Below, piece by piece: positions 1 to 12,127 of a DNA stretch of 50,292 nucleotides. Each line of letters starts with the position of its first letter. The stretch's first letter is position 1. The notes under the pieces are model-generated. The model worked only from the letters and a program-made list of their open reading frames with translations. It ran no database searches and had not been told where the DNA came from. The position numbers were made by a program, and so were the translations under genes. This DNA is from Cirrosporium novae-zelandiae (Eukaryota). The stretch is from positions 310,001 to 360,292 of the forward strand of contig JAPETS010000030.1 in NCBI GenBank assembly GCA_026023565.1, given 5' to 3'.

Positions 1-780
1 CGACGTACTATCCTTCCATACTTTGAAATCGGGAAGGTAGATATCGATCAATCCATCGAGGAGTTCGAGGGATTCAAGGGAATCATAAGCAGAGCTGTTG
101 TATATGATCGGAAGTCGCAGTCCGAGATCTCGGGCATGAAGGATCGATAGAGCGACTTGAGGAACGACATGTTCTGGGGTAACTAGAATCTAATAAGTTA
201 GCTGTCACCTAGATTAACACCATCATTTGTTGCTGTGCCCAATCGTCCAAGACCAGCTAATTGATAATCAAGACTGCGACAAAGGCGCGCTCTCACTTAA
301 ATTGATATTGTGTACATTCCCCACTTCTTGTAATTTCATATACCAATCAGCAAGTTCCTCTGGTGTTAAGTCAAAGCCACTCCGTTGATGTGCAATGTCA
401 TGGTTCTGGCAGAAAACGCAGCGCAAATTGCAGCCACTGAAAAATACAGAACCAGAGCCTGTATGCCCTTGGATACAAGGCTCTTCTCCGAAATGAGGAG
501 CAATCACGCTGACCTTTACCGTCTCTGCTCCAATAAGACAATGACCAGTCTTCTCGTATCGGTTGACGCCGCAGAGTCGTGGACAAAGGTTGCAATTTCG
601 CAGATGAGCATAGGCCGCCGATCGCTTCTTCGCAGCATCCACAGCAGACACGAGATGGTACCGTGGAAAGTAATCATCAAGCAAAAATGGGGGTGCCAAC
701 CGTAGAGACCTCCTTGGAGTTTTGGGCAGCTTGAAGAATTGGAGCCTACTAGTAGAGGGGTTCCGCAGGACAGAAAACAT
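1..780 (-). CDS. PflX-like radical SAM protein (pyruvate formate-lyase activating enzyme-like); 3' end runs off the window
   Basis: ORF 268..780 contains CNLCPRLC and the radical SAM CxxxCxxC motif (GCNLRCVFCQN). A GT..AG intron at ~296..183 joins HNINL to TPEHVVPQVALSILHARDLGLRLPIIYNSSAYDSLESLELLDGLIDIYLPDFK, which is typical of PflX. Confidence 0.88.
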
Positions 781-1315
781 GACTTCACATCATTATCAAG
801 TGTGTACACAGTATGTATGAAAAGGCTCAAGAAATAAATGTAAATTCATCGGAGTTTATTTGAATTAAAACGAATTCATTTCGCTCAACAGCTTGATATT
901 TGAGACGTCATATATGATGGGCTCGTGGGGCTCCTCTAGTACCGGCCACCACATATCTAACCCCCTAGCCTTTCTGAAACTTACATTTCAAGAGAACTCG
1001 TTCTAAATGTGTTTGTAACACAACATCAATTAATACTTCGGGAAAACGATAGAAAATTATATTTGAAATTCAACGCTTTTCTATCGTGTTATGTCTAGCG
1101 TAATTGAGACGGGATTTATTTTTATTTTTCATCCTTTGGATAATCATCTATGGCTACTAAAATGCTGGACTCCATTTTATCTTGCCTGTTGAAGTGTCCC
1201 AAAACTTACCCCTTATAAATAATGACTATCCAAGTCTGCTTTCACCTTTTTGCATCAAATATGTCATAAACTCCATAATCCAGCCATTCATCTCTTATAT
1301 AGGGTAGATAATATC

Positions 1316-3248
1316 CTACCTCTCACTCTCCCCCTTTACGCCGTCCAATATCACTTTTCTAATGCCCCATAGACCTAGTTTCTTTTCAACTGCTACAAAT
1401 CTTCTCTCCTTCTTTTCCAGACCGACAAATTCCTGTGGTAATATTTTCTCGAAACTAAAACCTTGCTCTTCCTTCAGAGCTAGTTCTACTGCCGATGAAA
1501 ATTTTGCAGGGTGAGCTGTGCTGAGTGAGATATGTGCATCATTTGGATGCGATTTAATTGACCTCAAGGATGCAGCTACACCGACAGCGCTATGTGGATC
1601 GAGTACATAATGCTCAGGGGTATTATGATAGACGTGCTTGATGGTCTCCAAGGTCTCGGGATCCGACACTCTCTCACTTGAAAAATTGCGCTTCCCCCCC
1701 TCAAGGAGAGAGGTAGGAACGGCGAAGGAACCTGCTGACTTTAGGGAGGCGAACCAAGAGTTTATTTGTTTACCAGCATGTGCACGGGCATCATGAGTAC
1801 TTGAAGAGTTTGAAAGGGCGGATTCGTAGGAAAGGATCCAGAGGAGGCGCTCGAAATTGCTGCTAACTCTGTATTTTCTCGTTAGCTCATTTTTATAGGT
1901 GAAATGTGTCATGGAACTAACAATATATCCATTGCCGGGCTAAGGGTGCTTATAACAGCATCTGGGGTTGCCAAGCTTCCATCCGCTGGAAGACCTTTGT
2001 TTATTTTAGGTTCTGAATGGGTTTGCTTGGTATAAGAGCCAGATGTAAAGAAACGATGAAGGATATCATTTTCATTCGTAGCAATAAGCAAGTTAGCCAC
2101 CGGTAGTCCCATGCGTTGGGCGAAGAAGCCAGCAAGTATGTCGCCAAAATTGCCGCTTGGCACAACGAACCGAACCTTTGAAGGTGATGTAGATTCGTTC
2201 TTTAGGAGGGAGAAGTATGAGTAGAAATAGTAGGTTATTTGAGCAAGGATACGCGCCCAATTAATGGAGTTGACAGCGGCGAGGTGTTGGGTTTTCTTAA
2301 TTTCGTCATCAGCAAAGAGAGCTTTGACTATATCTTGACAGTCGTCAAAGGTTCCGTCTACGGTGACGCAGTGAACATTGGAGTCTGGGACAGTGGTCAT
2401 TTGAGCTTCTTGGACGGGGCTGACTCGTCCTTTGGGGAACATTATGAAGACCGAAACATCTTTTTTCCCTCTCAGACCGTAAATGGCAGCAGAACCGGTA
2501 TCTCCAGACGTTGCTCCAATAACAGTGAGATGATGGCGCTCCTCCTGAGCTCCTAGCTTGCTATTCCTTCGGACAAGAAAAAACTCAAATAGATTTCCAA
2601 GGAATTGAAGGGCAACATCTTTAAAGGCGAATGTCGGGCTAGTTTCATCACTTTAGTAACAAGATCACCTAGCACAATTTCACTCTCGTATGTATCCCAC
2701 CTACCCATGGAAGAGTTCGAGAAGGTATAAGTTCTGGGCAGCAGATAAAGGTATCAACGGCGTCACTTCAGGTGCCCTGAAGACAGAGTATGCTACAATC
2801 TCATGAGCCTATCGTACAGTAACAATTTGCGATTCAGCGCCTACATTTTTGAACAATATCTTTCAACTCCGATGCATTTATTTCCGATCTTGAAATATAA
2901 AGCGACATGACCTCGAAAGCCAGATCTGCGAAGCTCAGGTTTTTCCATTTCGCGAACCAGTCTGCACAATTAGATCAATGTGTTTCTAGTGATTTGATGG
3001 AGTACGACGAGGACGAAAGTCTGGTGAGCGGAATAGGATCATACCAGCTGGTAACGAGGGAATTGATTGCGGAATAAACAGTCCTCCATCCTTTGCAAGG
3101 CCTTGGAGTACAACTTCTTCGAAGGACAGCTATGAGAATAATTAATCATAATATCTGACGAAGGTGTAGTTGTCATTACATAGCCTGACTCATCTTCATG
3201 AGAATCTCTAGTACTATAGTATCGTTGCGAGGATGTCCAATCTGCCAT
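1316..3248 (-). CDS. THR4: Threonine synthase (multi-exon)
   Basis: Starts with SQRYYSTR. Exons contain PTFAFKDVALQFLGNLFEFF, GATSGDTGSAAIYG, NSINWARILAQITYYF, VPSGNFGDILAG, TLSPAMDIL, SSNFERLLW, DPHSAVG and STAHPAKF. Confidence 0.96.
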
Positions 3249-3492
3249 CTTTCCTTTATGTCGTCTGAATATGCCTAGCAGGTATAAAAAGGAAGCAATT
3301 AAGAGCCACTTGTTGGTGTCTTTGGTAGCTCAAGATGTATACTGTTATGGTTCTATTGGGGTTTTGTATGAAAGATGGATGATTTATTTTCTTATCCAGA
3401 CGAAGCTCTGTAAGTACCCGTAACATATACCTTTCAATGTTGTATAGTACAAGAATTCTCGATAAGATTTTTGGAACTTTAGTCCGACGTCG

Positions 3493-3911
3493 GCACGCGG
3501 GTCCCAAAATAAGCGGGACTCACAAATTATTTTTTTTTTCCTGGGGAGGCTGTCAAACAAAATTATTTTTTATTTTTCAGGCTTTTAAAAAGGCTTTCAA
3601 ATTAAATTATTATTAAAAACAGATTTTGTTTGAAAACCCGAAAAGTCGCCTATTTAAATAATTTTCTAGTAATGTCGTGAATACATAAAATCATTTTTGA
3701 GCAAAGTATAGAATTGTTGCGTTATTGTTGTCTCCCCTGTTAATTGTAATTGGTATATCATAATTAGTTTTGACCACAGCTTTTTTGGGAATATATAACT
3801 AGTACTTCTTCCTCTACAAATCTATATCCTTTTTATATTAAGCTTTTAATCCCCAACACAAATAGTCAAGATCCAAGTTTGTGAGTCCTGCTTATTTTGG
3901 GACCAGCGTGC
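3493..3911. mobile_element. MITE-like non-autonomous element with 34-bp terminal inverted repeats
   Basis: 3493-3526 (gcacgcgggtcccaaaataagcgggactcacaaa) is the reverse complement of 3878-3911 with 2 mismatches. The interior is AT-rich and non-coding. TCG flanks both ends and may be a 3-bp target-site duplication. Confidence 0.72.
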
Positions 3912-4385
3912 TCGGAAGGTGGAGAAACGAGCAACATGCATGATTCTATGTCAGGTACAAAGCTACATCTTCTTTGACAAGCATCAAAATTTAACTACCT
4001 ACCTACCTAGGTAGGTAGCTATAGATATTATCAATCAATCATATTCTGATGCCTGTAATAGTTCCTTGTCTTGAACAAGCCAGTGGCATAAACTACCCCT
4101 TCAGCAGGGATTATTTCTCCTGTGGAGAGATGGACTCCAGACCCGTGAAGACAGGTGATGCTAGCACGGTGGACAACCAGTCGCTTCTTTTCGGGGTCAT
4201 GCAAAACATCCAGGAACTCGCTATCAGAGGGGAGAGTGCTACTTAGTAGATCTTCTTATCTTATCAGCATGTGATGTGTCCAACCACTTCTTGGCACTGA
4301 AATTTTGACCACGCTAAAGAACTCTAATTTCCAATCCTCTATAAATTCCTTTCATTCTCCTTCCTTCTTCTCTTTTTTTTCTTCA

Positions 4386-4712
4386 GTCGACTTTACTTGT
4401 ACGTTCCCACTCCCAAAGTTTTATCTTTTCACCCCCTCCTCTCGAGTATATGCTAACATTCCCTTTTCTACTCTTATAGCATAGAATCAATTCTATAGTA
4501 AACGTCCTCTTCTGAGCTCCTTACAAGAGCCACAGATCCCAACCTGGCTGATGACTACATGTCCTCGATGCCCTAGAGTGATGCCTTTATACTTCTGTCA
4601 TGCCTTTCGGGCGTGCTCTCTTCTGAGAGAAGAAGTGGTGATGATCTCAACCCTTTTGTGCGTCTGGCTTCGGTCGGTATAATTGGGTGGGTGTTGATGG
4701 AGGTCTGACAGG
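4386..4712 (+). ncRNA. U3: U3 snoRNA with a spliceosomal intron (4399..4479)
   Basis: The spliced 5' end GTCGACTTTACTT|CATAGAATCAATTCTATAG matches the fungal U3 GAC/A'/A boxes. Hinge AAGAGCCAC; box C' TGATGA 4549-4554; box B AGAGTGA 4575-4581; box C TGATGA 4639-4644; TGGGTGGGT...GTCTGAC with box D at 4705-4708. The intron reads GTACGT...GCTAAC...TATAG. TATAAA lies at ~4340. Confidence 0.93.
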
Positions 4713-5166
4713 TCTTTTTTTCTTTTCATCAGACTACCGCTTTATGTGGGAGGTTGGAGAAGAGTGTTTACATTGTATCTTGTGGCCTCTGGAGCTTTAT
4801 CATGCTTCCAAGATTGGTCCGCGACAATCTCCCTCACATAATGGGAGATCTAACTACCTAGGTATTCATTAAATTTACTCTTATGTTCTTGCTCAAAACA
4901 AAGTGTGAGTGCTCGAGTAGTCCAAGTTTCTCCAACCTAAACTTATCCAGCACATCATAAGACATCCCTAAGATCTAAGAGACCGTAGTCCATCAATACT
5001 AAGGATGTCACCCTAGGAAGTTGATTCTATGTTCAATTTCATAGAGCTAATCTATTGCTACCTCGAGCCGTTGTAAGGCAGCTAGACCCTACTGTTGATA
5101 GTACCATAATAGCCAGGTTCCTTTACCTAGCACCAAAGAACCATATCAAAGTTATGGAACTTGTTA

Positions 5167-7053
5167 TCATGACTTTTCTGTTGAAGCAGCAGTAGCAGAC
5201 ACTGGTGTACTCGCAGTAGCATCTCCTGCTCCAGTAGCTTCAGTATTACCACTTCTTACGCCTTGCGTCGGTGTTCCTGATCTTCCACCACCTCTGTTAC
5301 TTCTGCCTCTGCCACCTCTGCCCCTAACTATTGGTGCTATCCCACCTCTCCCTCTACCTGATCCACTAGGATTATTTCTATTCGCTAGCGCAGGTCCCGT
5401 CTTCCTTTCTAATACGACAACTTGTCCCTGCGCAACCTTTACAGGACTTGCTTGTATTGCTTTCTGTAAACCCTCTGGCTCCGCAAAGTCAATGTATGCG
5501 AAGCCTTTCTTCTTGTCGATTTCGACTTTGTTGATGGTACCGAAGGGCTTGAATGCTTCTTCTAGGAGAGGTTCGGTAACACCCTGAGATGGGTTGGCGT
5601 GTTTAAGGAAGGCTTGTGTAGCGGTGGGGGTGACATTTACAGATTTGGAAGATGATGCTGCCTGGCCCTTGGATGATGTGGTTTTAGGTGATGACAAAGT
5701 AGTTTGTTTGGAGGAACCGCGATTTGCAGCAGGGCCTGTTGGAGCTTTGGTGGTTGCTTGTGACTTTTCGTTTGTTGGGTCGGCTGGAGCAGTAGGAGCA
5801 TTCTGTGGAGGCTGAGTATCTTTATTTTTATTCCCCGCATTTCGATTCCTTGGTCGTGGACTCTGGAGCGCTCGACCTCCTTTCCGCTCGATTTGGGGGA
5901 TGTCTTGGGCCGTTGATGTAGAAGGAGTAGTGGGCGTCTTGGGTTCAGCAGAAACCTTCTCGGCATTTGTGGCAGCAAGTCTAGCAGCTTTACCTCGCGG
6001 ACCGTTTGGTATTAACCCTAGGTCTCGCTGGAGAATACGTGCCGCTGCCGCCGCGCTTCCACGCTCCCGTCTGCGTTCGATGACAGGGGACGCAGGCGCC
6101 GCATCTTTAGACTTGCCTGATGGAGAGGGGGATGGAGGAGCAGCCTGTCCTCTTGCAGTGGTTGCTTGCTTGTTGAGAACTTTGACAACATCTTTCGTAG
6201 CTTTCTCGACTTTAGAATCTTTGCGGGGAGATTTTTCAGTCTGTGTGGTATTCTTCTCAGGCTTTAGTAGCTTCTTGATAGATGTGGCATCAATCTTTGC
6301 CTCTTTGGATTCCTGGCGCGAATGCTTCGAGGCTTTCGCAGATGCTGCCTCTTTGGCTTTATTCGCTTTTTTATCCTTGAGATACTGAATCAAGGGAGTC
6401 GTCGTAACCTTTTCTGTCTTTGCTGCATTTGCTTCTGGGTCGGCGTCTATGGTTGGTGGTTTCGTAACCGGATTTGTAAGGCTCTCTAGAAAGTCAATGA
6501 ACTCGGAATCTTGATCAATAGTTCCCATTCGAGCATCTTTACGGACTTTGCTAGAGGGAATTCTGTTATACGGAGAAAATTCAACAGACGGCGGCCCGAG
6601 TAATGCTGCATCTCTTGTAGTATTTTTTGCGTCGGTAAAGTTGGTCTTCTTGACAGCATCTGCAAGGGTTGCAACATGATCTTGTTCGGTAACATGGAAG
6701 TAGGCACGAGCTGGTTTGGAAGGCTTTTGTAAACTGCCACTAGTTAGATGGTTACTTGGGGCTTTGAGACTTGATGCCTACTCCTTAGATACCTTGCCCT
6801 CCTTATAAAGGAACCAGTCTACCTTACCTCCTCCTAACTTCCAATCTTCTCCCAATGTAGTCTCAAACTCTTTAGCAGTTAATCCAGGTGGCAGTCGCCG
6901 GATGACAACCTTGAGCCTTGGAGCAGGCGCGCGGTTTGCGCTTGACCTATGTGAAGGTGCTGAGGGCGTAGACTTTTGTGTCGTAGATGCAGGAATACTG
7001 AGAATACCGGCTGCGCCAGAGGACCGGGCAGGGTTTAAGGTAGGGGCAACCAT
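5167..7053 (-). CDS. UPF3: Nonsense-mediated decay factor Upf3 (Smg4/UPF3 domain, low-complexity middle, C-terminal RRM and RGG tail)
   Basis: RLKVVIRRLPPGLT..EF, then one intron (~6783..6735), then KPSKPARAYF...PPSVEFSPY...KDARMGTIDQDSEFIDFLESL. The C-terminal RRM contains KGFAYIDF. Confidence 0.92.
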
Positions 7054-7869
7054 CTCGGCGCAGAGACACTTAGCTTAAAATCAGTATTTGCAAATGATTC
7101 TCTTAGTTTTATCCTCACCATACATTTCACGATCTTATCATGTTCAACTCATTCAACATCTTTATACCCCAGACCAGTGATTAAGAGATATTGATTAAGC
7201 TCGTGGTCCGTGCACGTCGGAATTACGTAACTCGCACCGACCATGTTCGGTGAGACTGGAATCGATCGCCGAGACCTTAGCCGCAACGGTAAGTTCAACA
7301 CCCTAATCATCCTTCAAATGAAACAAACGACCCTCCAACCAGAGTATTGCTAAGATAAACTCTCTATACAGACACGAAGGAGGCAGCAAACGAGACATCT
7401 CAGCGAGGACGCTCACCCTGTCGAGAAGCAGCCCAACCTCTACCCCGTCACCGATCTTTCAGTGAACCAGGATATAAATCACACTTCTGCGCTGAGTGTA
7501 AGAAAGCTTACTTCGAATACCTAAAGAGGGCCGACGTCTCAGCCAGCTGCTTCTGCCGGAGCTTCACCGGGTATTGTCTCACCTGCAGAGACCTTCGCAT
7601 CCAAGACCTCAAAAACGCACTAGAAACCCAGTACATCTTAAGCCCTTGTCTAGATTGCTTTCACAGCGTCATCCATCCTCATCCTTGTGCAAGCAGTCGT
7701 ATATCCCCCCTCCTACCTGATATCCGGGCTCAAATTGAGGAAGTCAGTTACGACTTTTCCCAAATACGCTTTCCACTTGAGGGCGAAGTTCTGAAGGACG
7801 TTAAATTCAGGACCGCCCTTCTAAAAGCGTTGCTGGAACTCGACAGGCTCATTACATAAGGATAGAAAT

Positions 7870-9312
7870 ATGTCTGAGTTTAGAAGGCCGGTGCCCCAAC
7901 CGGGACCTGCAAAGCTCACCAGCGGAGCAGGTTTAGACGAATGGTTAGAACAAGCGAAGCAGTGCAAATACTTGCCAGAACGTGTGATGAAGGAGCTGTG
8001 CGAGATTGTGAAGGCGTACTTAATGGAAGGTAAGCAAAGCGGTGACAGTTTATTTGCAAGCTATTCTACTAAACTTAGCTGACCTTTGGCTGACCTGATG
8101 TGATTAGAATCGAACATACAACCAGTCAGTGCGCCAGTAACAGTATGCGGTGACATTCATGGTCAATTTTACGATCTCCTTGAACTATTTAGAGTTGCTG
8201 GCGGAATGCCCGGCGACATGGCAATTGATGCTCCCCAGAATCCCTCCAAAACGATAACCTCTGATGAAATCGAACCCCCCTCTACAATAACGAATCCGAA
8301 GCTAAGAAAGAAGGTCAAGAATCCCGGCCTAGGCGAAAATGAGAAGCCCACTGAAGGTGAAAAAATTGATGATGATGAAGAAAGTATCGTTAGCGATGCC
8401 ACAGAACAAGAAGTATCCGAGTCTGCTAAGGAAGGCCTGGTTCAGAACTATATATTCTTGGGTGATTTTGTCGACCGCGGATATTTTAGCTTGGAGGCTT
8501 TGACTCTCTTATTGTGTTTGAAAGCAAAGTATGCCTACATATTAACTAGCCCCTCTCATATCCCACTTATCTAATGATCATCCAGATATCCCGGCCAGGT
8601 CACTCTCGTCCGCGGCAACCACGAATCCCGCCAAATAACCCAAGTCTATGGCTTCTACGAAGAATGCTCGAGCAAATACGGCAACGCGGGTGTATGGCGC
8701 GCTTGCGTCCAAGTTTTTGATTTCCTCCCACTAGGCGCATGTGTGGATGGAAAAGTACTCGCCGTACACGGAGGACTCAGCCCCGAAATTCGAACAGTTG
8801 ATCAAATTAGAGTGATTGCGCGTGCGCAGGAAATTCCTCACGAAGGCGCATTCTGCGATCTCGTGTGGTCGGATCCCGAAGACGTAGAAACGTGGGCTGT
8901 TTCTCCACGAGGCGCGGGATGGTTGTTCGGCGACAAGGTTGCTACAGAGGTATGTTAATTAAATCCCTATCCTCCACCCAACCCACCCAACCCACTCAAC
9001 CCATACCCACCTATACCCACCCAACAAACACTAATAAACTTGCCCCCAAAGTTCAATCGCGTAAATGGCCTCGACCTAATCGCTCGTGCCCACCAACTTG
9101 TCAACGAAGGCTACAAATACCACTTCAAAGACAAAGATGTTGTAACCGTCTGGTCTGCACCCAACTACTGCTACCGTTGCGGAAATGTCGCCTCCATCAT
9201 GCACGTGGCCGCCGACCTGAGCACCAAATTCTCAATCTTTTCGGCCGTGCCTGATAACCAACGCGCCGTACCTAGCGGGGGACGCGGGATGGGGAATCAA
9301 TACTTTCTATGA
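7870..9312 (+). CDS. SIT4: PP6-type Ser/Thr phosphatase catalytic subunit (Sit4/Ppe1), 4 exons
   Basis: PPP motifs GDIHG, GDFVDRG, RGNHE, HGGLSP and [12 protein letters not shown]. Starts [16 protein letters not shown] and ends YFL. Carries an acidic insert after FRVAGG. Confidence 0.88.
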
Positions 9313-10180
9313 TTTCAGATACGACTGATTGACCGGTGGGATGGGCTGGCTGGCTAACTGACTTTAATCAACATGTATGGCTACGTTATAGAAGCTTTAC
9401 GGGTATAACAACGATAAGATAAGATACGATACGATTATGGCGCCACGACGACAACGGTTTTATCAATTTATTCCCCCTTTCCCGCCTTCTTTTTTTACAT
9501 CACTTGGGACAAGAACAACAACAGCACAGCATATGATGATTAAAAACAAGCTTTTTTTCCCCATTCCCCCCCCTCACGATATGATTGCGAGATACCATGG
9601 AAGCAAGCAAGCAAGGAAGGAAGGGGTAGGCCGCCACATCCATGCATGGGCTTTGGCTAGCATTGAAATGAATGGCGTTTTTTTTTCCTTTTTGTTAGTT
9701 TTTGTGTTTATGATTCAATGACGGGGGATGGGGGTGGTGGTGTTGGACTTGTACGATAGGACGATAGGGTGGATGGATCGCAAAGGACCAATTGGGGACG
9801 GGAGATTATTGTGAATTACAATACATAGGCCATAGGTATCATAACGACCCGACCCGAGGATTTGGGGATCCGGGGTCGGGGGTTGGTTGATGAAATGAAC
9901 ATACGGATACAAATACAGAAAGAACAGTACAGAGGAGATAGACAGATATGGGTGATTTAAGAAAGATTAATGGGTTGGAGTTGGTTATAGCTCATGCACG
10001 GCTCACAGGTCCATCATGATTTATATATCCAAAAAAAAAGATTAAAGGTTTGATTTCGTTCTACGCAGGTTGTGATATCTTAAACAATATGAAGCAGCGC
10101 AACCGAAATCCAAATCCAACTTTCCTCCTCTTCCTTATTTTACTGTACCCCATCCACCTTCCACCCGTCTCTACTCACAA

Positions 10181-12127
10181 TTACAACAAACTCATCGCAC
10201 CCTTATCGCTAATCCCCCTCCCAACAAAAGCGCCAAAATACCCATTCAACGCGTCTACAGTCCCACTCCCCTCGACCAAGCGAACTGTACATCCCACATA
10301 CCCATCAGGCCGCACGACCACCACCCCACCCCTCTCCTGATCCATGCCCATTTTGGCATGCACTGCGGCCTTTGCATCCGGGACCCGCAGGTCGAATAGG
10401 TCGTCGCTGTATACGTGGTCGCTGTAGCGGGAGAGCAGGGGTGGAAGGTTTTTGAGGGCGATGGTGGGATGTGGGGCGGCGAAGACGGTGCAGACTGTAA
10501 AGAGGTGGGAGTGGGGGTTGTGTTTTTCGTGGTGGGTTACGCGGGCGATGTCGGGCCGTTGGAAGGTGCGGTAGAAGGAGTGTTTTTTCGAAAGGTGTGT
10601 TACGAAGTCTGAGATGGCGGTCCGGGTCAGGTGGGGCTGGCCGCCGAAGAGGTAGAGGCGCCAGGAGCCGTTGAGTGGGATCTCGTGCTCTAGGTGTACG
10701 ACGTTGGCGTCGACGACGCGGGTTACGTTTGCTGGGTGCATGATTCGGCCCGGGCAGAGTTTGGGACCGGAGAGGTTGAAGAGAGGGGATTGGGCTGGGT
10801 GGGTTGGGGACCAGTTGAATTCGTTGGGGTTGTAGGCGACGCCGTACCCGCTGGTGAATTCGCAGCTGCTTTTGAAGACTTGGACAAATTCATTTTCTTC
10901 CATGGTTTGCGTCATTTCGTTAGCGGAGCCGACTTCGCCGGCTGAGGGTTGGCGTTGGGAGAAGAGTTTGGCGTACTGGGCGTCGAAGGAGAGGAGGTTT
11001 TCGGCTACGAGCTTGCGCTCCTCTTCGTAGGTTGCGAGGATCGAGCGGGACGCGAAGCCGGATTCCACGTGGTGGATTTTCCATGCGAGGTTTACCGCGT
11101 CGAGGAAGGCTGTGTTCATGCCCTGGCCTGCTTTGGGGCTGTGGGTGTGGCAGCAGTCGCCGCCCATGAAGATGCGGTTGTCTAGGGTGTATTTGTCGGC
11201 GATGCCTTGACCTATTGGGTATACCGAGTACCATTCTACGCGTTCCCATTCAATATGGTAGGGATGGAGGATTCGTTTGGCGGCTATTTGGACTTCTTCC
11301 TCTGTTGCCGTTCGCCGCGGGTTCCAGTCTGGGTCTGTTGAGGAGGCTAATTGGATATATAGTCGAACCATGTTTGCTTCTCGTGGAATAACCATGATTG
11401 AACCATGGTCTGAATGGATGGTGCATTTCATCTATGGGAAGTTAGTGAAAATCAACAACAGGGTTATAGCAACGGCTCTAACCTTGATGTCGGGGAAATT
11501 GGTTTCGAGGACGCCATCCATGACCCCCCAGACATGGGCGATGGGATCTTTATGGCGTATCTGAATGCCGAGCTGGTCTCGAATAAAACTCCGGGCGCCT
11601 TCTCCGCTGAAGAGATATTTTGTTCTTACGGTCTCTACTTGGTCCCTATCGACATGCTTTATATCCACTACCACAGGATACTCTTTATCTTCCCCTTCAT
11701 TCTTAAAACCTGTGATGGTCCACGGTCTTTGTATGATTACTCCATTCTTCTCAATGTCTTCTATGAATACTCGTTCAATCAGACCTTGGTGTAGCAATGT
11801 GGTAAAAGGGTATCGCGAATCAATGAATTTGGGACAACTAGCCCATGTTCCGGTCCTCTGTATTCCATTGCTCGTGGAAGGGTCCCAGAATGCAACTTCG
11901 TAGACCTTTGCAGGGTCATGAGCCATAATCTTGCGCTTCAAGCCCATGTTTCGAAGAAGATCAAGGGACCTAGGTTGAATACCGTCGGCACGACCTGTAG
12001 GTGTAGGTTCGGGCCGGTTGTCAATATGCTTGATCTTGTACCCCCATCTTGCCAAACATGTAGAAAGGGTCAAGCCGACTGGGCCCGCCCCAACTATGAC
12101 AATATCATAATTTTCAGCTAAAGTCAT
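10181..12127 (-). CDS. FAD-dependent phenol 2-monooxygenase (PheA/TfdB family with C-terminal thioredoxin-like dimerisation domain)
   Basis: [52 protein letters not shown] and [10 protein letters not shown]. One intron at ~11482..11432. Likely start MTLAEN at 12127. Confidence 0.93.

Noticed and set aside
4049..4872. Short ORFs 4049..4246 and 4687..4872 as genes
   Set aside because: They have no recognisable motifs. The region is explained by the U3 promoter, gene and terminator.
5594..6388. Antisense ORFs over UPF3 (and similar ones over the monooxygenase, DDHD, acl1, AA11 and GPI genes)
   Set aside because: They are shadow frames of real genes on the opposite strand.
10181..12127. Phenol monooxygenase as part of the DMATS cluster
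   Set aside because: It is separated by about 10 kb and two unrelated genes, and is a catabolic PheA-type enzyme, not a PaxM-type epoxidase.
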